Shown one piece after another: positions 39,636-53,089 of a DNA stretch of 64,000 nt. Below the pieces are notes generated by a model. That model did not search any database and was not told where the DNA came from. It saw only the letters and a list, made by a program, of their open reading frames with translations. This stretch comes from Chiloscyllium plagiosum. Lineage: Eukaryota. Location of the stretch: the NCBI RefSeq assembly GCF_004010195.1, contig NC_057711.1, forward strand, positions 79,954,566 through 80,018,565. The letters are read 5' to 3'. The position numbers and the translations under genes are program-made. Position 1 is the stretch's first letter. Each line of letters begins with the position of its first letter.

Positions 39636-40240
39636 ACAAAGAGACCTTGGAGTGCAGGTTCATAGCTCCTTGAAAGTGGAGTCGCAGGTAGATAGGATAG
39701 TGAAGAAGGCGTTTGGTATGCTTTCCTTTATTGGTCAGAGTATTGAGTACAGGAGTTGGGAGGTCATGTTACAGCTGTACAGGACATTGGTTAGGCCACT
39801 GTTGGAATATTGCGTGCAATTCTGGTCTCCTTCCTATTCCCTGGAACGTCGGAGGCTGAGGGGTGACCTTATAGAGGTTTACAAAATTATGAGGGGCATG
39901 GCAACGATAAATAGACAAAGTCTTTTCCCTGGGATCGGGGAGTCCAGAACTAGAGGGTATAGGTTTAGGGTGAGAGGGGAAAGATATAAAAGAGACCTAT
40001 GGGCAACCTTTTCACATAGTGAGTGGTACGTGTATGGAATGAGTTGCCAGAGGAAGTTGTGGAGGCTGGTACAATTGCAACATTTAAGAGGCATTTGGAT
40101 GGGTACATGAATAAGAAGGGTTTGGAGGGATATGGGCCAGGTGCTGGCAGGTGGGACTAGATTGGGTTGGGATATCAGGTTGGCATGGACGGGTTGCACC
40201 AAAGGGTCTGTTTCCATCCTGTACATCTCTATGACTCTAT
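39636..40240 (+). mobile_element. Younger HER1 LINE 3' fragment nested in the older CR1 tail
   Basis: ORF 39652-40110. Tail ends ctctatgactctat. Confidence 0.92.
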
Positions 40241-40399
40241 GAATGTGGTGTATTTAGTTCAGCCATGTTCATAGTATATGGCAGAGCTGGTTTGAGGGGC
40301 TGTGTAGTTTACTTCTGTTCCTCATCCAATTTTTATTTCCATGTTTGACATATTGGAGGCATTCGTTATTACCTAAATAAAACTCTTCAGATTCTTAAA

Positions 40400-40690
40400 G
40401 GACCCCAACAGATTGGAATATAGCAAATGTAACACCTTTATTCAAGAAATAAAGAGAGAAAGCAAGAAATTATATAACCAGTTCCCCAACATCTATCATA
40501 GAGTAAGTTCAAGACTGATATGAAGGTGGTTATGCAAGATACTTAGAACATCATAATGGGATCAGGCTGAGTCATTGTGGTTTTATTACAGGGAAATTGT
40601 GTTTCACTAAATTATTAGAGTTCTTTGAGGAAGTAACAAGAAAGGTAGATAATGAGGAGCCTGCAGATGTATACTTAAGTTTTCAGAAGG
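40400..40690 (+). mobile_element. CR1 RT fragment
   Basis: gattggaatatagcaaatgtaacacctttattcaag...tgtttcactaaattattagagttctttgag. Confidence 0.8.
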
Positions 40691-41491
40691 TTAACCTTAA
40701 CCCAAACCTAACTAGACAGTATTTAAGAGTGCTCAGGGGAGAAGATAACATTTTGGCAGGGAACTAGTCATTGCATGCCCTTCTCCACTCCAGGAATTTT
40801 AGCACTCAGATATTTTAAGTAATCAACTGCAAATATTGGGCACAATGTAATACTCTCCTCATGGCAAGTTTGATGATGTCGGGATGTTTAATCAGATTGG
40901 GATTAAGCATGAGGACACTGCCACATTGTCGCCTCCTCCCCAATTAAGTCCATAGCAGGGAGGCTTTTGGGTGCCTTTCCTACATTGCTGGCAATTAAGA
41001 CTCTTAATTGGGCCATTGATGCCTGGATAAGGATGTCATCCCCACTGCCACTGGTATTAACATAGGAGCAGGCAGGGGCTTGTCATGCAGGGAGCATGAC
41101 AAGGGAACATGGGTGGGATTGACTGTATTCTGGTGGGGCAATGGATGCGAGGTTGGCAGGAGTTTCTCTAATTCAATAGCACTCGCATGCTGATTGTGGA
41201 TCTCGGCATCAGGAAGGGTCAATATCGTGCAGTCTGCCTTAGTTGTCAACACCTTTCCCATTTTCCCCCATGAGCCCCTAGCAGCAACACTAACCTGTGG
41301 CCAGGGAGCAGCAGTAATGTTATGCATCGGGAGGGTGTTTCATTAACAGCAACCACTGATTTTTAATAGAACTGTTTTCCCCTGATGGAACTATGCCATT
41401 TACAAACTTAACGTGGAATTAAATTCTATTTTTACAAGGATCTCTTGGAATGGCATTACTAAGTGACATGTTGTACAATAACGGATCTGAA

Positions 41492-41715
41492 TATGTAGCT
41501 CAGTTAGCTGGACAGCTGGATCCCAATGCAGGGTGATACCAGTAGTGTGGGTTTGATTTCTTTACTGGCTGAGATTACAATGAAGGTCTCTCCTTCTCAA
41601 TCTTACCCCTCACCTGTGGCATGGTGACCTTCAGATAAAATCACTACCAATTATCCCTCTCTAATGAGAGTACATCTCTACGCACTGGTAAGACTATGGT
41701 GACCTTACCTTTTTA
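41492..41715 (+). mobile_element. tRNA-derived SINE of a further family
   Basis: A-box tagctcagttag, B-box-like gggtttgatttc, tail gactatggtgaccttacctttt. Confidence 0.65.
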
Positions 41716-43404
41716 TCTGAAATTGCTTTATCTCTAGTTGGTTCTGTAACATATGTTTCCACATTTTGTCACAAAAGCATTCTACAAACTTATCTTTCAG
41801 AATACTTTTGTGAATTTGATTATTCCAGTCTAAATGAAGATTTAAACCTCTAAAACTATCACATTACTTTTGTTATAAGCTACAAAGATTTTTAGTTTAA
41901 TGCTCCATCCGGTGTCTATGAATCACTCCCACCAAAGCTTTTTGACACTTGTTATTTCTCATCTCCAGTCATATGGAGATATCTGTATTTCTCCAATTCT
42001 GGGTGAGCAATCCTGATTTTAATCACTTCATCTTTGGCAGCAGTGTCTTCAATTGTCAAGGGACTAAGTTTTGGAATTCTGTACCTTGTTTGGTCTTTTA
42101 ATACATGCTTTAAAACCCACATTGGCCTGAATACCTCCTTATGTGGGTTTGTGCCAAATTTTATTTCATATAATTCCTATAAATACTATTATCACTATTA
42201 TCCAATATCTGTTTTTGATTCTTTTAAGGGCCTCTGGGTCCCCACATTTGCACAATAGAGTTCCACAATGTTTTTCCAGTTCTGTCCTGTTGGCACCTTG
42301 ATTACATTTTTATGGATATTCCTCAAGCAGTCCATGAGGGATGACTTCAATGACCTTACCAGCAGGGAGCTCAAAGTTCTGTACAGCCATGTGTTCAACC
42401 ACAGGATTGACTTCTGTCCATCTTCTTCTCCAGTTCTTCAATATTTATTCATCAAATACTGAAAACATTTCACCAGCCACCATCCAGACAGTTAATGTTC
42501 ACTTAAATTTGCATCTGACTTTTGTTTTAGTCCCTATTCTCATTACGTTTTGCTTCCTTATATTTTCTAAAGTAACTTTACTAAACCCTTAGGTCATTTT
42601 CAACTTGCTTTTCCATCCATAGTAGCCTTGGTTCTATTCATTTTCTCAAAAGGCCACGTTATAAAGCATTCCCTTACACCGTCCTATTTTCAAGCACTGA
42701 TTTTGTCTAAGTTCTGCTCCTTCAGTTATGAAATTTTAGTGGTAATTTTTTGACTTTCACAGAGTGCAACATAGATTTTCACATTGGTTTGCATGTTGGG
42801 TTATATGCAATTATTTCAACAAACTGCAAGTAAACCGCAAGTGAGAGTTTCTCTTTTTTCAGGTTGCTACTAGATGCATTTTCCATTATATCGTATCTGA
42901 ATAAATAATAACTTCTTCAACTGGTTTTGTATTATTTAGCTCTTCTTCCTATTTATACTATTTTCATAGCTCTTAAGCATCAGCTTTCACACTGGGGTTC
43001 TAATATCGGAGAGCACACAAGGTGATTGTAGGGTCTGACCCAGATAAGAAGATTGCTTTCTGTGATCGTCTGTATTTATGACCACACCAGTGGACTATTC
43101 CAGTTGCTTTATTATTCTAATAATGTCTGTTTTCATGAGTGATGGGATTGTTGTTCTCCAGGCAATTATCACTAACTTTTAGGAATTAATGCAGAAGTCC
43201 TCAGAAACAAATTGGACACATGCCTTAACATTTACTCTTCTAAAAGTTCACTCGCCATTGTATTTATCCCAATATGTTGGCTCATTGGTAATAGGGCTAT
43301 AATGTCCCCTTTGGGATGTATCATACAATGGTATGTTAGAGGTACTAGGTTCATATTCTGGATGACAACCCATTAGAGGTAGCATGAATAGAGGATAGAC
43401 TAAC

Positions 43405-44732
43405 TGATATGACAGAGAGTTGGATAACAGAGACTCTTTCAGGATGGCAATCTCTAAGCAATAAAGTGTCAAGGGGATCAGTGCGAGGGCCACAGTTATT
43501 TACAATATAATATTCATGACTTGGATGAGGAAAGTGAACGTACTCTAGTCATGCTACGGATGACACAAAAATAGGTGGGATGACAAGTGAGAAGATAACT
43601 CTGCAAAAGGATACAGACAGAACAGACTAAAAAGGGATGTAGACAGGTTAAATGATAGGGCAAAAAAATATAACTATGAAAAATATGATGTCGGAAAATC
43701 TGCAGTTATGGACTTTGGCAGGAAGTTTAGAGGAACTAAATATTATTGATTTGGAGAAAAATTGTAGAAAACAGCAACACAGAGAGTTTGGGAGAACTCA
43801 TTCATACATCACAAAAAGCTGTCATCCCAAGTTAGCGGATAATAGGGAAGACAAATGAAATGTTAGACTTTATTTCAAAGAGTATGAAGTACAAAAACAT
43901 TGCTAAAGCCATAAAAAGTGCTAGCCAGGCCACAACTGGAATACTGTGAAGAGGTTTGGGCCCTTTACCTAAGGAAAATTATACTGCCATTGGAGGCTGA
44001 CCGAGGAAGTTCTCATGATTGATCTTCGGTACGGCGAGATTGTCTTATGAGGAGAAGTTGAGTAGGTTTGGCCTGTACTCATTGAAGTATAGAAGAATGA
44101 GAGATGACCTTACTGAAACATATAAGGTTCATCAGAGACTTGACAAGGTAAATACAAAGAAGTTGTTTCCTCTTGTGGGGGAATATAAGACCAGAGTGCA
44201 TAATTTCAGAGCAAGGGGTCATCCAGTTAGGACAGAGATAAGGAGGAATTTCTTCTATCAGAAGGTGACGAATCACTGGAATTCTTTACTGCACAGGGCC
44301 ACAAAGGATGGGTCTTCAAGTATATTTAAGGTTGAAATTGACAGCTATTTTATCAGTAAGGAGATTGAGGGTACATAATAAAACAAAGAACTGTGGATGC
44401 TATAGAGATCGAAAACAAAAACAGAAAATGCTGCAGAAACTCAGCAGATCTGGTACCTTCTGTGGAGAACAAGACATAGTTTACATTTTGAGTCCAGATC
44501 TGATGAATGGTCACTGGACTTGAAACATTAACTCTGTTTTGCTTCCCACAAATGCTGCCAGATCTGCTGAGTTTTTCCAGCACTTTCTGTTTTAGTTTGC
44601 GATATTGAGCAGTATGAAGGAAAGGCAGGAAAGTGGAGTTGAGCATTATCAAATTAACCATAATCTCCTTTCATGATGGAGCAGACTCAATGGGCTAAGT
44701 GGTTTACTGCTCCTCCATGTTATGGTCTTACG
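43405..44732 (+). mobile_element. CR1 LINE RT to 3' end, with PLE-derived fold-back insertion
   Basis: caaggggatcagtgcgagggcc (PQGSVLGP-like), YADD-like motif, ORF 44019-44378. Confidence 0.9.
44378..44598. mobile_element. Fold-back PLE terminal-repeat element with central hammerhead-like core
   Basis: Inverted arms at about 44417-44497 and 44514-44594. CTGATGA at 44500-44506, GAAA at 44522-44525. Confidence 0.8.
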
Positions 44733-45636
44733 GTAATATCAACTTTATTATAGCCCTTAAGGTTTCACTTACTTACAGTTTAATTCATATTTGCAATAGG
44801 CCTCTAGAAATACAATCTAACATGCAATTTAATTATTTAAATCTGTTTCACATTTTAAACTGCAAGGAGTTATCATTCTAGCATGATTTTGATTTTTACC
44901 CTTGATTTCTACAGTGCTATATTTAATCAACTTGCCTCTGGAATATTTCATCCCTCCTGATTTATCACCTTACAATTCCTTTCATTTTCAAATGCCTTTG
45001 GAATTATTATTACAGTCCCACCTTCTCACGCTCACAATGTCCAGAGTCCTTGTGTCATTTAAGGAAAAAAAATTCCCACTAATGTACAGTCATAAAACAC
45101 CAGTCTCTGCATTTATGCTTAGACCTATACTTCTATTCTTTTCACTGTAATGATTCTACCAGCCCAAAGTAGTTTGTGGAAGCTGTAGGATTAGACTTGA
45201 TCTGCTGATCAAATGTTGGAAGGACTTCATTTGTACTTTGAAGGGTCTAAGTATTATTCTGAAGTGGATACAAAAGCTTGGGTATTCAGACATGTTTTGA
45301 CAAATGCTGAATGAACTAAAGGTATTGATAGCATTATTGCTTATCTCCTTATTTAATGTTTATTTGGAGCTAGCAGGTAATCAATTATTCAAGCATCATT
45401 TTGGTATCTATGACACTTTTTTTTCCAATCATAATCTAGAATTTTCTTTGCATTTGTTTCACCATTTCAAGGTTTGTTTTATGAGATCTGAATTCTGCAG
45501 TTTGATATTGGCTTCAACAATGACCTGGAAAACAGTTTGGGTTGTGCTTTGAAACCCCTTTGGACAAAGGTATGAATTTCAAATCCTTTTGGCTTTAAAC
45601 TCCTTGATAACATTGCAGTAGCGATCTCCAATATGT

Positions 45637-46237
45637 TGTTATGCAGCAGACCAGACCCCCTCAAATTATATTAAGAATATAGTCTAGACCTTAACCTTTT
45701 CTTATTTTAAGGTTAAGTGTAAGGCATTGCATTCCAAGTGTAATTCAATTGGTCAAACTGTCAACTTTAAGTAAAATACACTTTATTTTTACACTACAGT
45801 TAAAATAGAGATAAATTAAAAACAAAAAAAGCCTTAACTGTAACTCCAACAAAATACTTAACAAACATATATATTAGCTACTATTAATTAACTGTTCCAA
45901 TATAACAACACCCCATAAACACACCCTTGGAAAAGGCAAAATCAATAAAATAGATTGTATCACATGCAATTCTAGCAGCAGGATGAGAACCCCGGCTTTT
46001 AGTTGTAAGAGAGAGAGAGACGGAATAAGATTTCCATATCCAGCTTCAAGACTCCAGCAACTGCAGAAAGCTAAAACTAAAAATCCTGGTTCTATGGGAG
46101 CCTGAGCCACCTATTAATGCTGCTTCTCTTCAACTTAAAAAAACCCCAAGGCCCCACAAGCAGTTTCCTTTATTGGTTTTGGAGCAGACTGTTCCACACC
46201 TCTGTCTCAACCTTTCTTCATAAAAAAACCCTGGACA
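45637..46237 (-). mobile_element. Probable solo LTR
   Basis: TGT...ACA ends, minus-strand AATAAA near 45785. No clean TSD. Confidence 0.5.
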
Positions 46238-46483
46238 TGGTGTTTTTCATCTATTAACCACCACCAGTCAATCATCCATGTTTCCAATTGTTTAATTTAC
46301 TTACAGAATCCATTAAGGGCAAAGAAATAGCACCAAGGGAGAGGGCAAGGTAGAAAGAGAGGGAGAGGGTTAAATCCAAATGGTGTTGGATGGCATGTGA
46401 CTGACCCTTGGGCATGGCTGTGGTGTGGCTCACTGATGACCTTCCTCTGAAATAGTCTAGCAAGCCATTCAGTTCAAGAGTAG

Positions 46484-48621
46484 AACATAGAACATAGAAC
46501 ATAGAACAATACAGTGCAGAACAGGCCCTTCGGCCTTCAATGTTGCGCAGATCTGTGAACTATTCTTAGCTCGTTCTCCTACACTATCCCAAAATCATCC
46601 ATGTGCTTATCCAAGGATTGTTTAAATCTCCCTAATGTGGCTGAGTTGACTACATTAGCAGGTGGGGCATTCCACGCCCTTACCACTCTCTGCCTCTGAT
46701 ATCTGTCTTAAATCTATCACCCCTCAATTTGTAGTTATGCCCCCTCATACATGCTGACATCATCATCCTAGTAAAAAGACTTTCACTGTCTACCCTATCT
46801 AATCCTTTGATCATCTTGTATGTCTCTATCAAATCCCCTCCTCACAGGTTCAAATCTCTCAGGCTTTCCTCATAAGACCTTCCCTCCAGACCAGGCAACA
46901 TCCTGGTAAATCTCCTTTGCACCTTTTCCAATGCTTCTACATTCTTCCTGAAATATGGGGACCAGAACTGAACACAATATTCCAAGTGTGGCCACACCAG
47001 CATTTTGTATATTTGCAGCACGATATTGCGACTCCGGAACTCAATCCCCCTATGAATGAAACCTAACATACCGTATGCCTTCTAAACAGCACTATCCACC
47101 TGGGTGCCAACTTTTAGGGATCTATGTACATGGACTCCAAGATCCCTCTGCACATCCACACTACCAAGAATCTTTCCATCAACCCAGTACTCTGCCTTCC
47201 TGTTATTCTTCCCAAAGTGCATCACCTCACATTTAGCTGCATTTAACTCCATTTGCCATCTCTCAGCCCAATTCTGCAGTTTATCCAAGTCCCCCTGCAA
47301 CCTGTAACATGCTTCCACACTGTCCACTACTCCACCGACTTTAGTGTCGTCTGCAAATTTACTAATCCATCCACCTATGCCTGCGTCTAAGTCATTTATA
47401 GGAATGACAAACAGCAGTGGTCCCAAAACAGATCCTTGTGGCACACCACTAGCAACCGGACTCCAGGCTGAATATTTTCCATCAACCACCACTCGCTGCC
47501 TTCTTTCAGAAAGCCAGTTTCTAATCCAAGCTGCTAAATCACCCTCAATTCCATGCCGCTGCATTTTCTCCAACAGCTTATCATGTGGAACCTTATCAAA
47601 GGCTTTACAGAAGTCCATGTACACCACATCAACTGCCCTACCCTCACCTATATGCTTGGTCACCTTCTCAAAAACTCATTGAAGTTTGTGAGACATGACC
47701 TGCCCTTGACGAAACCACATTGACTATCTGAAATCAAATTGTTGCTTGCTAGATGTTTATAAATCTTATCTCTTATAATCCTTTCCAAAACCTTTCCTAT
47801 AACAGAAGTAAGGCTCACTAGTCTATAATTACCTGGGTCATCTCTACTGCCCTTTTTGAACAAGGGCACAACATTTGCGATCCTCCAATCGTCTGGTACC
47901 AAACCTGTAGACAATGACGACTCAAATATCAAAGCCAAAGGCTCTGCTATCTCCTTCCTAGTTTCCCAGAGAATCCTCAGATAAATCCCATCTTGCCCAG
48001 GGGACTTGTCTACTTTCACTTCTAGAATTAATAACACCTGTTCATAACTAACCTCGATCCTTTCTAGTCTAATATCTCGTACCCATTCTTCTCCTCTACA
48101 ATATTCTCCTTTTCCTGAGTGAAAACTAATGAGAAATGTTCATTTAGCACCTCTCCGATCTCCACAGGGTCCACACTTCTGTCTTTGATTGGCCCTATTC
48201 CTACCCTAATCATCCTTTTACTCCTCACATACCCATAGAAAGCTTTAGGGTTCTCCTTTATTCTATTTGCTAAAGACTGCTCGTGTCCTCTCTTTGCTCT
48301 TCTTAACTCTCTCTTTAAATCCTTCCTAGCTGATCTGTAATTCTCCATCGCCTCATCTGAACCATCTTGCCTCATCAACACATAAGCCTCCTTCTTCTTC
48401 GTAACAAGAGATGCAATTTTCTTTGTAAACCGCGGTTACCTTACCTTATCACTTCCTCCCTGCCTGACAGGGACATACCTATCAAGGACACACAATATCT
48501 GTTCCTTAAACCAGCTCCACATTTCCATTGTCTGCATCCCCTGCATTTTGCTGCCCCATTCTATGCATCCTAATTTTTGCCTAATCCCATTATAATTGCC
48601 CTTGCCCCATCGATAACTCTT
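46484..48621 (-). mobile_element. Relatively young 5'-truncated CR1 LINE (RT domain, frameshifted) inserted into a SINE tail
   Basis: (ATAGAAC)n tail. ORFs 46842-48381 with YMDFCKAFDKV, GVPQGSVLGP, FADD. TSD GAGTAG at 46478-46483 and 48622-48627. Confidence 0.95.
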
Positions 48622-48999
48622 GAGTAGTTAAGGATTGGCAACAAATATTGGCCTAGCCAATGATAACCACGTTCTACGAATGAATAGAAAAAAAGAAAAC
48701 AGTTGAGAACTTCTCAGTATTATAAGCGTCTTCAATGAAATTATGTATAACTAAGAAAGGTATGTTGGATATGCATGAAAGTGGACAGGCATACAATCAG
48801 AACCCCCTGTCAAAGCATTTAATGGAGTCAACTTAATATCATTTATAATCAGGCTTGGTTTGATTGCATGACACCAAGTAGGATGAAGATCCAAATCTCA
48901 ACTCCGGTGTTTAAAGGGACACTCCAAACGTAAAATTTGGAGTACTTTGGATTTGAAAGCAAAAGAGAAGGAACTTTTACAATGATTTCTGAACACTTA

Positions 49000-49225
49000 A
49001 AATGTGTGTTCAGTTTCAATGCTGTCATACTTGATATGCTGCTGGAAATTATGAGGAGTCAAGGAGAGATATTTTTGTTCAGCAATGTGAGGCAGAGTCT
49101 TCCTGCTGCTACATATCAAGTATTGATGGTGGTGACCCAAGAGGAGAGCAGTAGGAGCATTGTGCCATGCTCATGGATTCAGAGCAAGGAACTCTTTAAC
49201 ATTCTCATCACATCAGGAAAGATGA
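49000..49225 (+). pseudogene. Harbinger-type Myb/SANT-like domain remnant, stop-free
   Basis: Within ORF 48937-49386: FNAVILDMLLEIMRSQGEIFLF...ATYQVLMVVTQEESSRSIVPCSWIQSKELFNILITSGK follows the F..L..L......LF...W..V...R...Q....F..L pattern with key residues decayed. Confidence 0.6.
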
Positions 49226-51171
49226 ATATAGTTGCACGTTTGCCTATTTTTTGGTGTACATATCACCTCAACCCCTCACATTTCTTTGTCAAGACAACTT
49301 CATTACTGTATTCCTCACACCCACATAGTGCAGCCACCATTCTCTTTCCATGCTCTTCTTCTCACCTCCATCAATCTATCCACTAGTTAATCACTGTAAG
49401 TTTTATGTCACTTCATACCTCTCCATAAAATATACTGCATTCATTGGAAGAAGAATTCAATTATAAATCATAGGGCTGCTCTTTCCCACACTGACAGAGA
49501 AGAAAACATAAAGGTTATTGTCACAACTGGGGAATTATGTTACATTATTTATTAAGAAATCTTATCTCTCTTTAAAATAGACAGTAATTCCCACAATGTG
49601 GCTCTCAGAAATCACATGACTAACCTTGTGGATTTCAGCTGGCATTGGATTTAGATTTTTTTCCTCAGCAAGAGGACTTTTGGAAATCAGTGACCATTTC
49701 CAAAGATAAACTTTAAACTGTTTGGCAATGGTTCACTTTGGCAATTCTTTCTCACCACCGTTTTACACAAGAGCATCCAAGCTAATACATTAAGAAGTTA
49801 AAAGAGTGATTGCCTTGCACCTAGACCGACCCAATATCTATTATGGGAACAAGGTTTGCCAGTCTTGGATTGGCAATCTTTTTAAGCTTTGGCTTGTATG
49901 AGAAGACAGAGGCACTAGCAGTGATAAATTCTCCAAAAATAGATGGAAGAAGATAAACTAGCTAAGGCCCTGCTGTATTGAATAAGGCGATCAAGGCCAT
50001 AATGTTTATTCCCTCTAATTTTGTGAGCCACTGCATGGATCTCTAAACTCCATTCACAGCAGAAATTTCTAGACTGGAGGTCTATGCATTTACAGATGAT
50101 CCTGTATCCGTATACTCTCTGAGTGGCTAAGTTGCTCAGAGGGAACATTGACCACAACCTGCATTGTGTAAAAGAAAATTACTCCCTTCCAATAACCATT
50201 CTGCTTAGTCCAGCTGTGGGAATAACCTCTAACTATTTGACTGTAAAAGCTGTCATAGCTACTAAACATGACTTTAACATCTTCACTTTGAAAATAGAAT
50301 CTTCAAGAAGGTACTAGGACAGAAGTGGTCTTAGAGATTGAATTTTTAATGTTTTTAAACATCATTTATCCATACTTACAGTCAATCTTTATAAATTTAT
50401 ATTTTAGTTAATAACCTTATAATTTTTTTATTTGAATTACTATAGCACCGGTTTTGTGATAAATTAATAAAATTAACTAAAGCTTTCCTGCTGGTTCTTT
50501 TTTTTTCAAAGTTGAAACTCTCAAACTTAAAATGGGACTGGGAATGGCCTATGTGAATTTGCAGCTCATGAACCAATCCTGGACATGCCTGGGTGGTTGC
50601 AACATCAGAGAAAGGGAGGGTATCAAGCATCATTCTCCATAGATTTCTCAATTATGAACTAAAGTCGAAAAAGAAATGTAAATTAGGGGAGTTTTTTAAA
50701 TCTGTGACAATAGGATGGGCAGAGACTTCCCAGATATCTGGTGATACAATAAAATGACATTAACCCACATGTCATATAATGCTCTGTAATGTTATCTTGA
50801 TTTTAACAGTGAGTGAAATTTGATTATCTTCAAAGCGATAAGTTGCGTTTTATAACACTCTCTGTAAAAATGGGATAGATGTTACCATCAGAGATAAGCG
50901 AACTGACTGCTGAAGCGAGAATGCTTAACAGTGCTTAATTGAAAGATGAGGTGTTTTTCCTAGAGTCAACATTGTAGTTTTAATCCAACAGGTTAGAAAA
51001 TTGAAGAGAGAGAGGTCAGATCAGGATGGTGAATTAAGAGGACAGACAACCCCAAGCTCTGAGTTCTCAAATACTCACTGACTTCCATAGCTATCTTGTG
51101 TTTGCTCTGTAGGAACTCAATTACATTTTTCCAGTTTCGCTACCAATGTCACATTTATTATGGCAATAATT

Positions 51172-52205
51172 GACTAATAGAAGACAGAGAGTTGGTAGAA
51201 GGGGAAGCTTTCAGGATGGCAATCTATAACAAAGAGAGTATCACAGGGATCAGTGTTGGGGCCATAAATATTTTCAATATATGCTAATGACTTAGATGAA
51301 GGAATTATTACAGCCAAGTTTGTAGATGACACAAAAAGAGGTGGGAGGGCGAGTGCTGAATATGACACAAAGAGTCTACAGAGGAATATTGACAAGTTAA
51401 ATGAGTGGGGAAAACTTGGCAGATGGAATATAATATAGAACAATGTGAGATTACGCACTTTGGCAGGAAGAATAGAGGAGCTGAATGTTATTGAAATGGA
51501 GAAACACTATAGAAAGCTACAAAATAGAAGGATTTAGAGGTCCTTGTTCATTAATCTCAAGAAGCAAGCATTCAATTTCAGTAGGTAATAGGGAAAGCAT
51601 ATTGGATTTTGATCTTTATTTCAAAGGGACTGGAGTACAAAAATATGAAAGTATTGCTAAAACTATACGAGGCAGAAGTCAGTCGACAGCTGGAATACTA
51701 TGAACAGTTTTGGTCCCTTTAACTAAGGAAAGATATATTGGCATTGGAGGTAGTCCAGAGAGGTTTCATGAGGGTCATTCGGGGAATGGAGGGACTGACT
51801 CATTAAAGTTTAGATGAGCGAGAGGCAACCTTATTGAAACATACAAGATTCTTATGGGATTTGACCCATTAGATGCGGAAATGTTATTTACCTTTGTGGG
51901 ACAATCTAGGAAAAAGACATAATCTCAGAATAGGAGGATTCCCCTTTAAGACAGAGGTAAGGAGGAATTTCTTCTCTCAGAGGGTATTGAATCCATGGAA
52001 TTCTTTACTACTAGTAGGCTGTTGAGGCTGGGTTATTTAGTATATTCAAGGCTGAGATAGACATTTAATCCATGTGGGAATCAAAGATTAAGGGAAAAGA
52101 TAGCAAAATGGAGATGAGGATTATTAGATCAGCCATGATTTAATTGAACTTTGGAGCAGACCCAATGGGCTAAATGGCCTGATTCTGCTTCTTTGTCCTT
52201 GATTG
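51172..52205 (+). mobile_element. CR1 LINE RT to 3' end, decayed
   Basis: cacagggatcagtgttggggcc, tttgtagatgacaca, CR1 3' UTR. Confidence 0.9.
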
Positions 52206-53089
52206 TATGGGCCTCATAAACAATATCATCGCACCTGATTTGCCTTCGTTTTTCCTCAAACAAAACTTCCTGTCATTATGGCTGACATTGGCTTTTACTG
52301 CACTTCTGTTCTCATCCTCTTGCCTCCCTGTCACAACCATGTTAGAGTCTGCCTTGTTATCATCATCCATTCCACCAACTCCCATTTTCAGTGAATGAAC
52401 CTTCTGGAGTTAGCATTCATCTTAATAATTTGAGACTGTAACCTTACTGTTTGGCTGCTGGGGTGGGGGGGCGGGGTGGTGTGGGATGCTGTGGTTAGGG
52501 CAGGAGGATACAACTAACAGTGATGTGTCTAACATTCCCAATTACTTCTCCTCTGGTCCCAATGTTTGATTCTTCGCTTGTCTGATTGCCAACTGATTTA
52601 GCCTTGCACTTTCATTCTTTTTGTTATTTAATTTCTTCTCTCTTTTACCCCATCATAGGCCATTCCTTTAGTTCTTCTCCCTCACATTCTCAAAGCATCC
52701 TGTCTCTGTGAAAGTCCCGTCACACTTCTGAGTTCTTCCAGTTTTAATGATCAGACATCAACAATAAATGGTAATTCGGTTTCTTTCTCCACAGATGCTG
52801 CTGAGTACTTCCATCGTGTTCCAGCATCACAGTTATTTACATTTATCTGAAATAAATAGTTTCAGGTTTGTGGACAAAGTAATGGCACAATGGTATTCCA
52901 TCATAATGGAATAAGTACTGGATGCTCCACAAACTCAGACCCAATATCGAGGGAGTTATCGCAGCTTATCTATTTAGTATTGGTATTACTTTAGTATTAT
53001 TTGTTGTAAGTGCACTTTAAATTCAGAGACGTTCAAATCTGAGTATTCGCATATTGCCTTTTCTATCTGACAACTTTATATATCAAATT

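Noticed and set aside
40690..40712. Telomere-like taaccttaacccaaacctaac
   Set aside because: Too short and degenerate to call an interstitial telomeric repeat.
40880..41350. Possible non-autonomous DNA transposon (ccaattaag / cttaattgg motifs; similar texture at 7150-7400)
   Set aside because: Could not define TIRs or TSDs by eye.
42848..42910. Strong plus-strand splice acceptor followed by AATAAA
   Set aside because: Isolated signal expected by chance; no linked exon evidence.
52460..52500. G-quadruplex-capable G-runs (also 57-76 and the C-run near 19880)
   Set aside because: Simple low-complexity tracts, partly within repeats, with no evidence of function.
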